From contig CAXRCX010000011.1 of the NCBI GenBank assembly GCA_964229255.1, positions 141,546 through 205,545 on the forward strand: a stretch of DNA of 64,000 nt, in the 5' to 3' direction. Source of the DNA: Porticoccaceae bacterium (GTDB lineage Bacteria; Pseudomonadota; Gammaproteobacteria; Pseudomonadales; Porticoccaceae). The translations under genes were made by a program, and so were the position numbers. The notes beneath the pieces are model-generated. The model did no database searches, was not told where the DNA came from, and saw nothing but the letters and a program-made list of their open reading frames with translations. Shown piece by piece: positions 13,296 through 22,667 of the stretch (the stretch's first letter is position 1; each line of letters starts with the position of its first letter).

Positions 13296-14234
13296 ATGAC
13301 GAGCTTCCCAGTACTGGGCGATATTTCAGCTGAGCGGTTTCTTGCGGAGTACTGGCAAAAAAAACCGCTTCTGATTCGCAATGCTATTCCACAATTTAAG
13401 CCGCCAATTAATGGAAATGATATAGCAGGTTTAGCATTAGAACCTGAAGTAGAATCGAGGTTAGTGGTTGGTACTGATTGGAACATTGAACATGGCCCGT
13501 TTGAAGAACAGCGATTTCAAACATTACCTGAACGCAATTGGACTTTATTATTACAGGCTGTAGATCTTTGGATACCTGAAGTAGCGGATATTTTAGACCA
13601 TTTTGGCTTTTTACCGCGCTGGCGTATAGACGATATTATGGTGAGCTTTGCCGCTGATGGCGGCAATGTAGGCCCGCACTTTGATAACTATGATGTGTTT
13701 TTGTTGCAGGGCGACGGTCAACGCCAATGGTCTGTTGGCGGTCTCTGCGATGAAAATAGCGCCCTGTTGCCCCACCCTAATCTGCGTATTCTTGCCGATG
13801 AGCAGTTTACCGAAAAATGGATACTTAACTGTGGTGACATGCTGTATTTGCCACCGAAATATAGCCACCATGGTGTTGCCATAGGTGAATGCACTACCTA
13901 CTCTATTGGTTTTCGTGCACCTACTGTTACTGAAATGCTCGATGACCTTACCACCGAGTTAATCAGTAAGGGCGATAATAATGATGTGCTTACAGACCCC
14001 CTACTAACCCCAGAAATGGCTAATCAGCCCATTTCATCTGCCTATTTGCAACAAATTAGGTCATTGCTAAATCAAACACTTAATAATGATGAATTATTGC
14101 TAAATTGGTTTGCGCAGTTTATGACACAACCCAAATACTCTGAGTTAGTTGATGAGACGGGTGAACAGCGCACAGCCTCTATTCAAATCAATAAAAACAA
14201 GTCGGTTAGGTACCACAATGGGGAGCCAGTTTAA
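13296..14234 (+). CDS. roxA: JmjC/cupin oxygenase, RoxA (YcfD, uL16 hydroxylase) family
   Basis: YWQKKPLLIR, WRIDDIMVS, GPHFDNYDVFLLQ (HxD), HHGVA; downstream of purB. Shorter than E. coli YcfD. Confidence 0.85.
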   Translation: MTSFPVLGDISAERFLAEYWQKKPLLIRNAIPQFKPPINGNDIAGLALEPEVESRLVVGTDWNIEHGPFEEQRFQTLPERNWTLLLQAVDLWIPEVADILDHFGFLPRWRIDDIMVSFAADGGNVGPHFDNYDVFLLQGDGQRQWSVGGLCDENSALLPHPNLRILADEQFTEKWILNCGDMLYLPPKYSHHGVAIGECTTYSIGFRAPTVTEMLDDLTTELISKGDNNDVLTDPLLTPEMANQPISSAYLQQIRSLLNQTLNNDELLLNWFAQFMTQPKYSELVDETGEQRTASIQINKNKSVRYHNGEPV

Positions 14235-14266
14235 ACAGTAAATTCTTGTACTGTATTATTTATGGA

Positions 14267-14434
14267 TTAGCATTTTTTTCTAATATTGGTCGTGGTGCCG
14301 TAGACTTTTAGTGCCCAAGAATATGGGGTGGTTTTCCTGCTTGAATTGTCGATCAATGTTAAAGTCCACTCGCCTTTACTTACTTCACCATAACTGATTC
14401 CATTAGTATGAAGTGCGAAAGAATAGATACCGAT
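14267..14434 (-). pseudogene. Relic resembling the C-terminus of a proprotein-convertase P-domain (subtilisin-like protease)
   Basis: Manual translation: IGIYSFALHTNGISYGEVSKGEWTLTLIDNSSRKTTPYSWALKVYGTTTNIRKKC*; no start codon, in-frame stops immediately upstream. Confidence 0.5.
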
Positions 14435-14575
14435 CTAGAATTGCTACAACCGAATTGACATGACAAGACTAACTGCGAAAGGCTATCAATAAAAAGGATA
14501 AAAACCCTATACATAATATAATAAGAGCAGATTAATATGCATTGATAGAAAACAAATTGGCTCTTGCTGTAAAGT

Positions 14576-16342
14576 TTACGGGCGATTTTGAGAGACTGCC
14601 GCAGCACCCTGTCGCCTTGGGTCTGCACTGCCCTCAAGGTTTATGCCTTTTACGGCAATACTTTGAGAGGAGCCAAGAACACGGGATTTAGGTGCAATTT
14701 GATGACCCATTGATTGCAATAAAAACAGGCTGTCTTGGGAAACCCCCTGCTCATAAAAAACCTTATCTGGCAACCACTGGTGATGTATTCGAGGAGCGGC
14801 AGTTGCCTCAGCTATACTCATACCAAACTCCGCGCAATTTAAAATTATCTGCAACACAATGGTAATAATTGTACTGCCACCAGGGGTGCCGGTTGCCAGT
14901 ATTGGTTTATTATTGTTATCAAACACAATGGTCGGTGTCATGGATGAAAGTGGGCGCTTTTTTGGCTGTATGGCGTTTGCAGTGCCACCGACTAGACCAT
15001 AGCCATTGGCTGAGCCTGGTTTTGCAGAAAAGTCATCCATTTCGTTATTGAGCAAAAAGCCAGCGCCCTCAACAGCGATGCCATTGCCGTAGGCAAAATT
15101 TAAAGTGTAGGTATTACTGACCACATTGCCCTGCTTGTCCCATGTTGAAAAATGAGTCGTCTCTTCACTTTCCTTGGCTTGGGATGCAACCCAACGATCT
15201 AGGCCTGGATGAACATCCTCTGATCGGCGAGCTTTGTTGGGGCTTATCTGTTCGCTTATAGATTTGGCATAGGCCTTATCAATAAGCTTATTTGTCGGCA
15301 CCTGTTCAAAGTCTGGATCACCTAGATATAGGCTGCGATCGGAATAGGCAGAGCGCATAGCTTCAATTAGTAGATGCATTGTCTTGGCTGTGTTATGGCC
15401 AGATTTTGCAAGATTATAATTCTCTAGGATATTTAACATCTGAATTAGGTGGATGCCACCAGAGGAAGGGGGAGGCATAGCGCAAAGCTCTACTGATCTA
15501 TAGCTTCCACACACAGGTTCGCGCTCAACAACCCTGTAATCGGCTAAATCGTTCATTGTGATTAAGCCGCCACTGCGCTGCATTTGTTGAACGATTAAAT
15601 CGGCCGTTTTACCTTGATAAAAACCCGCACTCCCCTGTTGAGAGATTCTTTTGAGCGTGGAGCCGAGATCTGACTGAACTAAGATATCGCCAGGAAGGTA
15701 GTAATCACCCGCATCTTTGTAAAAATAGGCTTTTGATGCCCTGTGTTTTTGCAGTCTATCTGCACTAAGACGAAGAGAATCGGATAGATCATGATTGATA
15801 CTAAAGCCCTGAGTAGCGAGCTGTATTGCGGGCTGTAATACATCTGAAACAGACATGGTGCCATATTTATCCAACGCATATAACAAACCGGCAACGGTTC
15901 CGGGTACACCCGATGACTGAGCACTAAACCTAGCTATCTCATTGTCTACTTCACCCTCAGGATCGAGAAACATATCCCTATGAGCAGCGCTTGGTGCCAT
16001 TTCGCGATAATCTATAGCAATTGTTTTATTTTCTTCAGCAAGATAGAGCATCATAAAACCACCGCCGCCCAAATTACCCGCTCTGGGCAAAGTAACTGCC
16101 AGAGCAAAACCTGTAGCCACGGCGGCATCTATTGCATTGCCACCCGCTTCGAGAATATCGGCGCCAACTCGACTTGCAAGAGCCTCCTGTGAAACCACCA
16201 TACCAAGGGAACCCACTTCGGGGTGAAAACGTGAATCTTTGTCGAGAAAAGTCTGAGTTGAATTGGCCGCTGACACGAGGCTGACAAATGAAAACAAAAA
16301 CGCAACTATGGAAGATGCAAAAAGCGATAATATAGCTTTCAT
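14576..16342 (-). CDS. ggt: Gamma-glutamyltransferase, secreted
   Basis: Signal peptide, GGNAIDAAVA, IDYREMAP, catalytic ETTHFS, LNNEMDDFS, RPLSSMTP, TPGGSTI, ADPRR. Confidence 0.96.
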   Translation of the reverse strand: MKAILSLFASSIVAFLFSFVSLVSAANSTQTFLDKDSRFHPEVGSLGMVVSQEALASRVGADILEAGGNAIDAAVATGFALAVTLPRAGNLGGGGFMMLYLAEENKTIAIDYREMAPSAAHRDMFLDPEGEVDNEIARFSAQSSGVPGTVAGLLYALDKYGTMSVSDVLQPAIQLATQGFSINHDLSDSLRLSADRLQKHRASKAYFYKDAGDYYLPGDILVQSDLGSTLKRISQQGSAGFYQGKTADLIVQQMQRSGGLITMNDLADYRVVEREPVCGSYRSVELCAMPPPSSGGIHLIQMLNILENYNLAKSGHNTAKTMHLLIEAMRSAYSDRSLYLGDPDFEQVPTNKLIDKAYAKSISEQISPNKARRSEDVHPGLDRWVASQAKESEETTHFSTWDKQGNVVSNTYTLNFAYGNGIAVEGAGFLLNNEMDDFSAKPGSANGYGLVGGTANAIQPKKRPLSSMTPTIVFDNNNKPILATGTPGGSTIITIVLQIILNCAEFGMSIAEATAAPRIHHQWLPDKVFYEQGVSQDSLFLLQSMGHQIAPKSRVLGSSQSIAVKGINLEGSADPRRQGAAAVSQNRP

Positions 16343-16469
16343 GCCAGTAAATCCTCTGTTAGTGATTGTGCTATTTTTTGAGACTATAGCAAATTTAAAG
16401 TGGTAAATTTATCCCTCTCAACAAAATAATAAAATTAGCCTATTTCTGGGCAGATTAATTTAATAAAGT

Positions 16470-16478
16470 TGGTATAAT
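16470..16478 (+). promoter_or_regulatory. Extended -10 promoter element upstream of pyrD-pyrK fusion
   Basis: TGG-TATAAT (TGn plus perfect -10), 45 nt upstream of the TTG start; no clear -35. Confidence 0.4.
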
Positions 16479-16523
16479 TGTCCGTACAACGATACGTTTT
16501 TAATTTTCTTTGAGCTTATCAAC

Positions 16524-18158
16524 TTGAATACAGAATTTCTCGGTAAAAACATTTCTGGCTTGTTTACAATTCCATCGGGCATTGTGACAACGGCAACTTC
16601 AATTATCCAAGCGACATTTGATGATATTCCGCAAATTGGCGTAATCACCACTAAAAGTGTCGGACTTGAATCGCGCGCGGGTAACCGTGAACCGGTTTAT
16701 AGTCAGTATGCCCCCGGCTGTTTCGTCAATGCCGTTGGCCTGACTAACCCTGGCGCTCGTGTTGCAGTAGAGTTAATGGCTGAACTAAGGGTACCTGAGG
16801 ATCGCTTTTTATTGACATCTATCTTTGGTGGCAGTGTTGAGGAATTTGTCGAAGTAGCGAAAATTATGGCTCCAGTTTCTGATGGCCTAGAGTTAAACTT
16901 ATCCTGTCCCCACGCAACAGGTTACGGTATGGCCATGGGTCAAGACCCTGCCCTAGTAAAAGAGATAACAGCGGCAGTCAAAGCGGCGGTAGATATTCCT
17001 GTGGTACCTAAGTTGACCCCAAACACGCCAAATATTGCGGAGATTGCGCTCGCGGCTGTTGAGGGCGGTGCGGATGCTATTTGCGCCATCAATACCCTTG
17101 GTCCCGGCTATACCTCTGCTTATGGTCATCCAGTTTTAAGCAATGGTGCGGGCGGTATGTCCGGTAAAGCGGTTTTGCCCATTGCCCTCAAATGTATTCG
17201 TGAAATACGCGCTGTTTGCGACTTACCAATTATTGGCTGCGGCGGTATCAGTAGCGCTGCAGATGTTCGCGAAACTATGGATGCTGGCGCTGATATTGTC
17301 GGTGTAGGTTCGGCCCTCACTGGTTTAACCACGGCTGAAATGGCGGATTATTTTAATCAGCTTGAATCTGATATCTGCTTTGCTACAAATAAAGCCGAAA
17401 ACCATATTCGCTACGATATTGATATGAACTTTGAACCGGTTGTACTGGTGAAAAATGAGCGTATTTGCGAGGATATCTGCGTACTTACCTTTGACCGTAA
17501 AATTAATATCCAAGCCGGTGAATTTGTCTTTCTCTGGGTTCCGGGTGTGGGTGAAAAACCATTTTCTGCCCTTTCCGATGACCCCTTCCAACTAGCGGTG
17601 ATTGATGTGGGTATCTTTACCCATGCGCTTATGGATCTCGAAGTGGGTACTGAAGTCTATGTCAGAGGCCCCCATGGTATTGCTGTACAACCCCATGAAG
17701 GTGCGAAAATTATGGCAGTCGCCGGTGGTACTGGTTTAGCCGCCGTCTATCAACTGGCAAGAGACTTTGGCAACGCTGAGATCTTTACAGGAGCTCGAAC
17801 TGCAGAGCGTCATTATTACCTTGATGAATGTAAAAAAATTGCTGATGTTCATATAGCCACAGACGATGGCAGCCTTGGTTTTAAAGGCTTCGTAACAGAG
17901 ATGCTTCGCGCACGATTGCAAGAAATGTCAAATTCAGAACTTGAAAATATTATGTTCTATAACTGTGGTCCCGCACCTATGGTGCATGCTGCTGCGGCCG
18001 TTCAACGTGAATTCTGTGGCGATCATCAAATTCATAGCGCCATAGATTACCTAACTAAATGTGGTGTTGGCATCTGTGGTGCCTGCGCTACCCCTGAAGG
18101 AAAACGCATCTGCGTGGATGGGCCCTTTATACAGGGTGATCCTGCAGCTAAAAGCTAG
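16524..18158 (+). CDS. Fused class-1B dihydroorotate dehydrogenase (PyrD) and electron-transfer subunit (PyrK)
   Basis: N-terminal ~290 aa: ITTKS, NAVGLTNPG, ELNLSCPH (catalytic Cys), KLTPN, INT, GGMSG, GCGGI. C-terminal ~240 aa: RGPHG, VAGGTG, YNCGPAPM, KCGVGICGAC...RICVDGP (2Fe-2S). One uninterrupted frame. Confidence 0.88.
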   Translation: MNTEFLGKNISGLFTIPSGIVTTATSIIQATFDDIPQIGVITTKSVGLESRAGNREPVYSQYAPGCFVNAVGLTNPGARVAVELMAELRVPEDRFLLTSIFGGSVEEFVEVAKIMAPVSDGLELNLSCPHATGYGMAMGQDPALVKEITAAVKAAVDIPVVPKLTPNTPNIAEIALAAVEGGADAICAINTLGPGYTSAYGHPVLSNGAGGMSGKAVLPIALKCIREIRAVCDLPIIGCGGISSAADVRETMDAGADIVGVGSALTGLTTAEMADYFNQLESDICFATNKAENHIRYDIDMNFEPVVLVKNERICEDICVLTFDRKINIQAGEFVFLWVPGVGEKPFSALSDDPFQLAVIDVGIFTHALMDLEVGTEVYVRGPHGIAVQPHEGAKIMAVAGGTGLAAVYQLARDFGNAEIFTGARTAERHYYLDECKKIADVHIATDDGSLGFKGFVTEMLRARLQEMSNSELENIMFYNCGPAPMVHAAAAVQREFCGDHQIHSAIDYLTKCGVGICGACATPEGKRICVDGPFIQGDPAAKS

Positions 18159-20311
18159 GAATAGAATTTTTTGCCACTACTAGCCATTGTGCGCATTGAT
18201 TTGGTGGGTGTATACAGCCCACCCATGCCTTTGTAGCTGTCGGCTTTTTCGCAGATAACATCAAGACCACTCTCATCCATCCAGCGACATATGCCACCTC
18301 TAAACGGTGGAAAACCAACGCCCCATATCAGCGCCATATCTGCTTCAATCGCTGAACCTACTATCCCCTCATCGAGGCAGTGGTTCATTTCAATTGCTAA
18401 GGGTAACAACAGCCGGTCAATAATAGTCTGCGGCTCTATTTCTTTACTGGGACCGGCGCTTGCTTCAAGTATATTGATACTTTCGGGGTCGACGGCTTTT
18501 TCAGGGCGACCCCCTTTGCCTGGGCTGTAGCGATAATAACCACTAGCGTTTTTTTGCCCCTGACGACCAGCGTTTAGAAGTATTTCTGTCGCAGTAATAT
18601 CATCGTTAACAAAGCGCTCAGGAATACCCTCAGACATAACACAATAGCAGTGAACAATGGTATCAAGACCGACCACATCCATTAAATATGCTGGCCCCAT
18701 TGGCATGCCCCACTGTTCCATTACCTGGTCGATCTGCTGAAAACTCACGCCATCGCGTAGTAGCAGTTCCATGGCAAAGCACTGTGCAAAGAGCACTCTA
18801 TTAACTAAAAAGCCTGGACAATCATTGACCACAATGGGTTTTTTACCCAGCCTCAATGCATGGTTACAGACTGCCGCAATGGTTTTCTCAGATGTGTGCT
18901 CTCCGCGTATTACCTCTACCAACGGCATTACATGAACTGGATTAAAAAAGTGCATGCCGCAAAATCTTGCGGGGTTTGCAAGGGATTGAGCTAACTGATT
19001 AATTGAAATACTCGAGGTATTGGAAACAATAATCTCATTATTGGGTAACTGCTTATCGAGGGCTGACAAAACTGACTGTTTTACGGGCAAGTGCTCTACA
19101 ACTGCCTCTACTATAAAATCTGTATTATCTAGGTCTTTATCCTCGAGGGTTGGATTGACCATAGACAGTACTCTAGTGGCACTGTCCTGATCTAATTTAC
19201 CTTTGGATACAGCTTTATTAAGTAACTTTTGCGCTTCGCTAATACCCAGATCAAGCGCTGATTGAGCGATATCCTTCATGACAACTGGGCAACCTCGGGT
19301 TACCGATTGATAGGCTATGCCACCTCCCATAATTCCTGCACCTACAACGCCGGCAACAGCCACCTCTGGTAGCTGTTGGGAAAGATTTTTTGCATAACCC
19401 CGAGCCTTTCTAGAGACATATTGATCACCGACAAATAGACCGATTAGGGCACGCGCCTCTGGGCTTTGGGATAATTCATAAAACACCCCAGCCTCTTTTT
19501 CTATGGCCTGATCCCGCGTCAAGGTTGCGGACTGGGTAATTAACTCGATAGCTCTTATTGGTGCCGGGTAGTGACCGGCAGTTTTTTGCTTGACTACAGC
19601 CTTTGCCATATTGGCAATAGCTTCTATCTCAGCTCTAGGTTGGTCAATGGGAGACAATTTGCGTTTACGCACCAGGCAATAATCAATATTTCCCGCAGCC
19701 ATATCACGAAGATATTGCAGTGCTTCAGCGCGCAATTGACCAGGCTCAACCACCTTATCGATAATACCCGAGGCAATCGCTTTGTCGGGGTTGTATTGAC
19801 GGGCTGAGGTGATCCACTCGACGGCAGTTGCGAAATCACACAAACGGGGAAGTCTAACCGTTCCACCCCAGCCGGGAAGAATGCCAAGACCGGTTTCTGG
19901 TAAACCTATTTTTGCAGTTGAGGCGGCAATTCTGGCGTCGCAAGAAAGGCATACCTCGAAGCCTCCGCCTAGGGCGTAGCCATTGATAGCAACCACCGTA
20001 GGGAAAGGTAAATCCTCGATTGCTGACATCATGCCGTTTATATGGCTAGCAGATTTGAGAAACTGCTGTTCAGAGGCTTCAAACATCTGTTTAAACTGAG
20101 TGATATCAGCACCCACTATAAATGCATCTTTGCTACTAGTGATCAATAGGCCGTTTATATTCTTTGCCTGCTTTATAGATGCTAGCGCCTGATAGAGCTC
20201 ATCGAGGGTTTGCTTATCAAGTTTGTTAACCGAACCTACACTATTATTAAAATTAAGCTCTATAAAATCATTTTCAATTTTTGTCAGACTTACATTTTCA
20301 CCAGAATACAT
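18155..20311 (-). CDS. fadB: Fatty acid oxidation complex alpha subunit (enoyl-CoA hydratase/3-hydroxyacyl-CoA dehydrogenase)
   Basis: FIVGADI, GGGFE and GLPE hydratase glutamates, GAGIMGGGIA, EAVVE, GMHFFNPV, PGFLVNR. ATG at 20311 with GGAGG RBS. No fadA adjacent. Confidence 0.93.
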   Translation of the reverse strand: MYSGENVSLTKIENDFIELNFNNSVGSVNKLDKQTLDELYQALASIKQAKNINGLLITSSKDAFIVGADITQFKQMFEASEQQFLKSASHINGMMSAIEDLPFPTVVAINGYALGGGFEVCLSCDARIAASTAKIGLPETGLGILPGWGGTVRLPRLCDFATAVEWITSARQYNPDKAIASGIIDKVVEPGQLRAEALQYLRDMAAGNIDYCLVRKRKLSPIDQPRAEIEAIANMAKAVVKQKTAGHYPAPIRAIELITQSATLTRDQAIEKEAGVFYELSQSPEARALIGLFVGDQYVSRKARGYAKNLSQQLPEVAVAGVVGAGIMGGGIAYQSVTRGCPVVMKDIAQSALDLGISEAQKLLNKAVSKGKLDQDSATRVLSMVNPTLEDKDLDNTDFIVEAVVEHLPVKQSVLSALDKQLPNNEIIVSNTSSISINQLAQSLANPARFCGMHFFNPVHVMPLVEVIRGEHTSEKTIAAVCNHALRLGKKPIVVNDCPGFLVNRVLFAQCFAMELLLRDGVSFQQIDQVMEQWGMPMGPAYLMDVVGLDTIVHCYCVMSEGIPERFVNDDITATEILLNAGRQGQKNASGYYRYSPGKGGRPEKAVDPESINILEASAGPSKEIEPQTIIDRLLLPLAIEMNHCLDEGIVGSAIEADMALIWGVGFPPFRGGICRWMDESGLDVICEKADSYKGMGGLYTPTKSMRTMASSGKKFYS

Positions 20312-20485
20312 AATAAATCCCTCCATTATTAAACCAGTTTAACCTTTCATATCAATCAGTCTATAACAAACTTTGACTCCTTGGTTTTATAAAATTTTTA
20401 ACACAATAACTGGTTAAATCTATTGCTGTAATAAAAATATTCATCGAATAAATAAAATAATTTGCTATTTGCCCCCTATTTCAGA

Positions 20486-20514
20486 TTGACGAGATGGTGG
20501 TTGGTCAGTATTAT
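20486..20514 (+). promoter_or_regulatory. Sigma70 promoter of the tRNA operon
   Basis: TTGACG-17 bp-TATTAT followed by GC-rich discriminator GCGGCC, typical of stable-RNA promoters. Confidence 0.8.
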
Positions 20515-20549
20515 GCGGCCTCTCATTAGAGACCGCTTGGTGAGACATT

Positions 20550-20626
20550 CGGGGATTAGCGCAGTCTGGTAGCGCGCCTGCTTTGGGAGCAGGATGTCGG
20601 GGGTTCAAATCCCTCATCCCCGACCA
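20550..20626 (+). tRNA. tRNA-Pro(TGG)
   Basis: CGGGGAT acceptor stem pairing with ATCCCCG, anticodon arm CCTGC-TTTGGGA-GCAGG, GGTTCAAATCC T-arm, encoded CCA. Confidence 0.97.
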
Positions 20627-20672
20627 CTTTCCGGCTTTGGAGTAAAGCTGAATTAGTTGGTTTGCTCTGTTT

Positions 20673-20749
<77 letters not shown>

Positions 20750-20803
20750 CTTACCTAGAGTCTAGGCAAACTTGGCGCAAAAACGGTCTCAAACTCTTTT
20801 GAT

Positions 20804-20880
20804 GGTGGACGTAGCTCAGTTGGTAGAGCCCCGGATTGTGATTCCGGTGGTCGCGGGTTCAATCCCCGTCGTCCACCCCA
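20804..20880 (+). tRNA. tRNA-His(GTG), with encoded G-1
   Basis: G-1 plus GTGGACG/CGTCCAC acceptor stem, CCGGA-TTGTGAT-TCCGG anticodon arm, C73 discriminator, CCA. Confidence 0.97.
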
Positions 20881-21001
20881 TTTCCCCTTCTATTTTTTAA
20901 TAATTCTTTAATCATTGTTTTTATCTGAATTAATTTTTCGGGTAAAATGTGCTTGAATTATTGAAGCTGATCCACACCCACAATAAATAGGTTAATTATT
21001 C

Positions 21002-21847
21002 ATGTCTGCTCTTATACTTGATGGCAAATCTTTAGCGAAAAAGACCGAAGCTGAACTCAGTCAGCGCGTCGCTGCTCTAAAGCGGGCAAACAATGGACAG
21101 GCACCGATTCTCGCCACAATTTTGGTGGGCTCTGATCCCGCTTCTGGCACCTATGTCAAAATGAAGCAAAATGCCTGTAAGCGCATAGGCATGGAAAGTA
21201 TTGCGGTTGAGCTCGGCGAGGACACCACTACCCAACAGCTATTAGCTAAGATCAATGAGCTTAATGCCAACCCTGATTGCCACGGTATTCTTTTGCAGCA
21301 CCCAGTGCCGTCGCAAATTGATGAGCGCGCTTGCTTTGATGCTATAGCCGCTGAAAAGGATGTGGATGGTGTTACCTGCCTGGGTTTTGGCCGTATGGCA
21401 ATGAATGAGCCCGCCTATGGCTCTGCTACACCACAGGGTATTATGCGTATCTTAGAAGCCTATGAAATCGAGCTTGCGGGTAAACATGCGGTGGTGGTTG
21501 GAAGAAGCCCTATTCTGGGTAAACCTATGGCATTAATGTTGTTAAATGCCAATGCCACAGTAACCATTTGCCATTCAAAGACACAGGATCTTACAAGCCT
21601 GATTAAACAGGCCGATATCCTTGTTGGCGCTGTGGGTAGGCCAGAGTTTATCAAGGCCGATTGGATCAAGGATGGCGCTGTGGTTGTGGATGCCGGCTAT
21701 CATCCAGGTGGCTTGGGCGATATTGAGCTAGCGCCTATCACCAATACTGCATCAGCCTATACGCCGGTTCCGGGTGGCGTAGGCCCTATGACCATTAATA
21801 CGCTAATTCTGCAATGCGTTATGGCTGCGGAGAAAAAATTAGGCTAG
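21002..21847 (+). CDS. folD: Methylenetetrahydrofolate dehydrogenase/cyclohydrolase
   Basis: [42 protein letters not shown]. Confidence 0.97.
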   Translation: MSALILDGKSLAKKTEAELSQRVAALKRANNGQAPILATILVGSDPASGTYVKMKQNACKRIGMESIAVELGEDTTTQQLLAKINELNANPDCHGILLQHPVPSQIDERACFDAIAAEKDVDGVTCLGFGRMAMNEPAYGSATPQGIMRILEAYEIELAGKHAVVVGRSPILGKPMALMLLNANATVTICHSKTQDLTSLIKQADILVGAVGRPEFIKADWIKDGAVVVDAGYHPGGLGDIELAPITNTASAYTPVPGGVGPMTINTLILQCVMAAEKKLG

Positions 21848-21890
21848 TTTTTAATCTTTAATTACCAATCTTCTTAGTTAGGGGTTTTTA

Positions 21891-22667
21891 ATGACAGATT
21901 GCAAGATTAATATCGACAGTCTTGTCGCCCACAGGGGGTTGCAACACAGTTTCCCTGAAAATACTATTTTGTCGCTCAAAAAAGCCGTTGAATTTGGCGC
22001 TAGATATATTGAGTTAGACGTTCAATTTAGCAGTGATTGCCAACCAGTTATCTACCATGATTCTTATCTTCAGCGTGTAAGTGCTCAGCCAGGCAATATC
22101 TGGCAATATTCCCGCCAAAAATTGTTGCAACTACCCGCCTATGAGCCGGAAAGATTGGGCGATCGCTTTAAAGCGGAAACAATTGCCCCTCTAGAGGCAC
22201 TTGTAACACTTTTACAGGAAAACCCACAGGTAAATGCCTTTGTCGAGCTTAAACAGGAATCTATAGACCACTGCGGTAGAGAGGTAATGCTCAATTCGGT
22301 GAGTCAAATCCTCGAGCCGGTTAAATCCCAAGCGGTGATAATCAGTTATGACTATCGCTTGGTACAAATCGCTAGGGAGCAACAGTCTTTCAGTGTCGGT
22401 GTTGTTCTAGAGTATTGGCAAGATCTATACAGTGAACCGGTTCAGAGTTGTAGGCCGGATTATATATTCGTTGACCGTGAAATTATGCCCGATGAAATTG
22501 ACTCAAAGGTATTAGAGATGGCGACACTGGTGGCCTATGAAGTTGGCGATGTTGCACTGGCAAAAGAGTTGATTGCCAAAGGGTTTACAATGCTTGAAAC
22601 CTTTGAAATGGAAAACTTAGCTACAGGACAACAGGACATGGCGCAGGTTAAGACCTACGCCACTTAG
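21891..22667 (+). CDS. Glycerophosphodiester phosphodiesterase family protein
   Basis: AHRGL, PENT, IELDVQ, IYHD, FVELK, VIISYD motifs; 3' end overlaps cysS by 20 bp. Confidence 0.85.
   Translation: MTDCKINIDSLVAHRGLQHSFPENTILSLKKAVEFGARYIELDVQFSSDCQPVIYHDSYLQRVSAQPGNIWQYSRQKLLQLPAYEPERLGDRFKAETIAPLEALVTLLQENPQVNAFVELKQESIDHCGREVMLNSVSQILEPVKSQAVIISYDYRLVQIAREQQSFSVGVVLEYWQDLYSEPVQSCRPDYIFVDREIMPDEIDSKVLEMATLVAYEVGDVALAKELIAKGFTMLETFEMENLATGQQDMAQVKTYAT

Noticed and set aside
14500-14530. TATATTATGT resembling part of a dif site
   Set aside because: Neither XerC nor XerD arm matches beyond a short AT-rich core.
14380-14637. 85-aa minus-strand ORF overlapping the ggt end
   Set aside because: No RBS or motif; a different frame in this region carries the recognisable P-domain-like relic.
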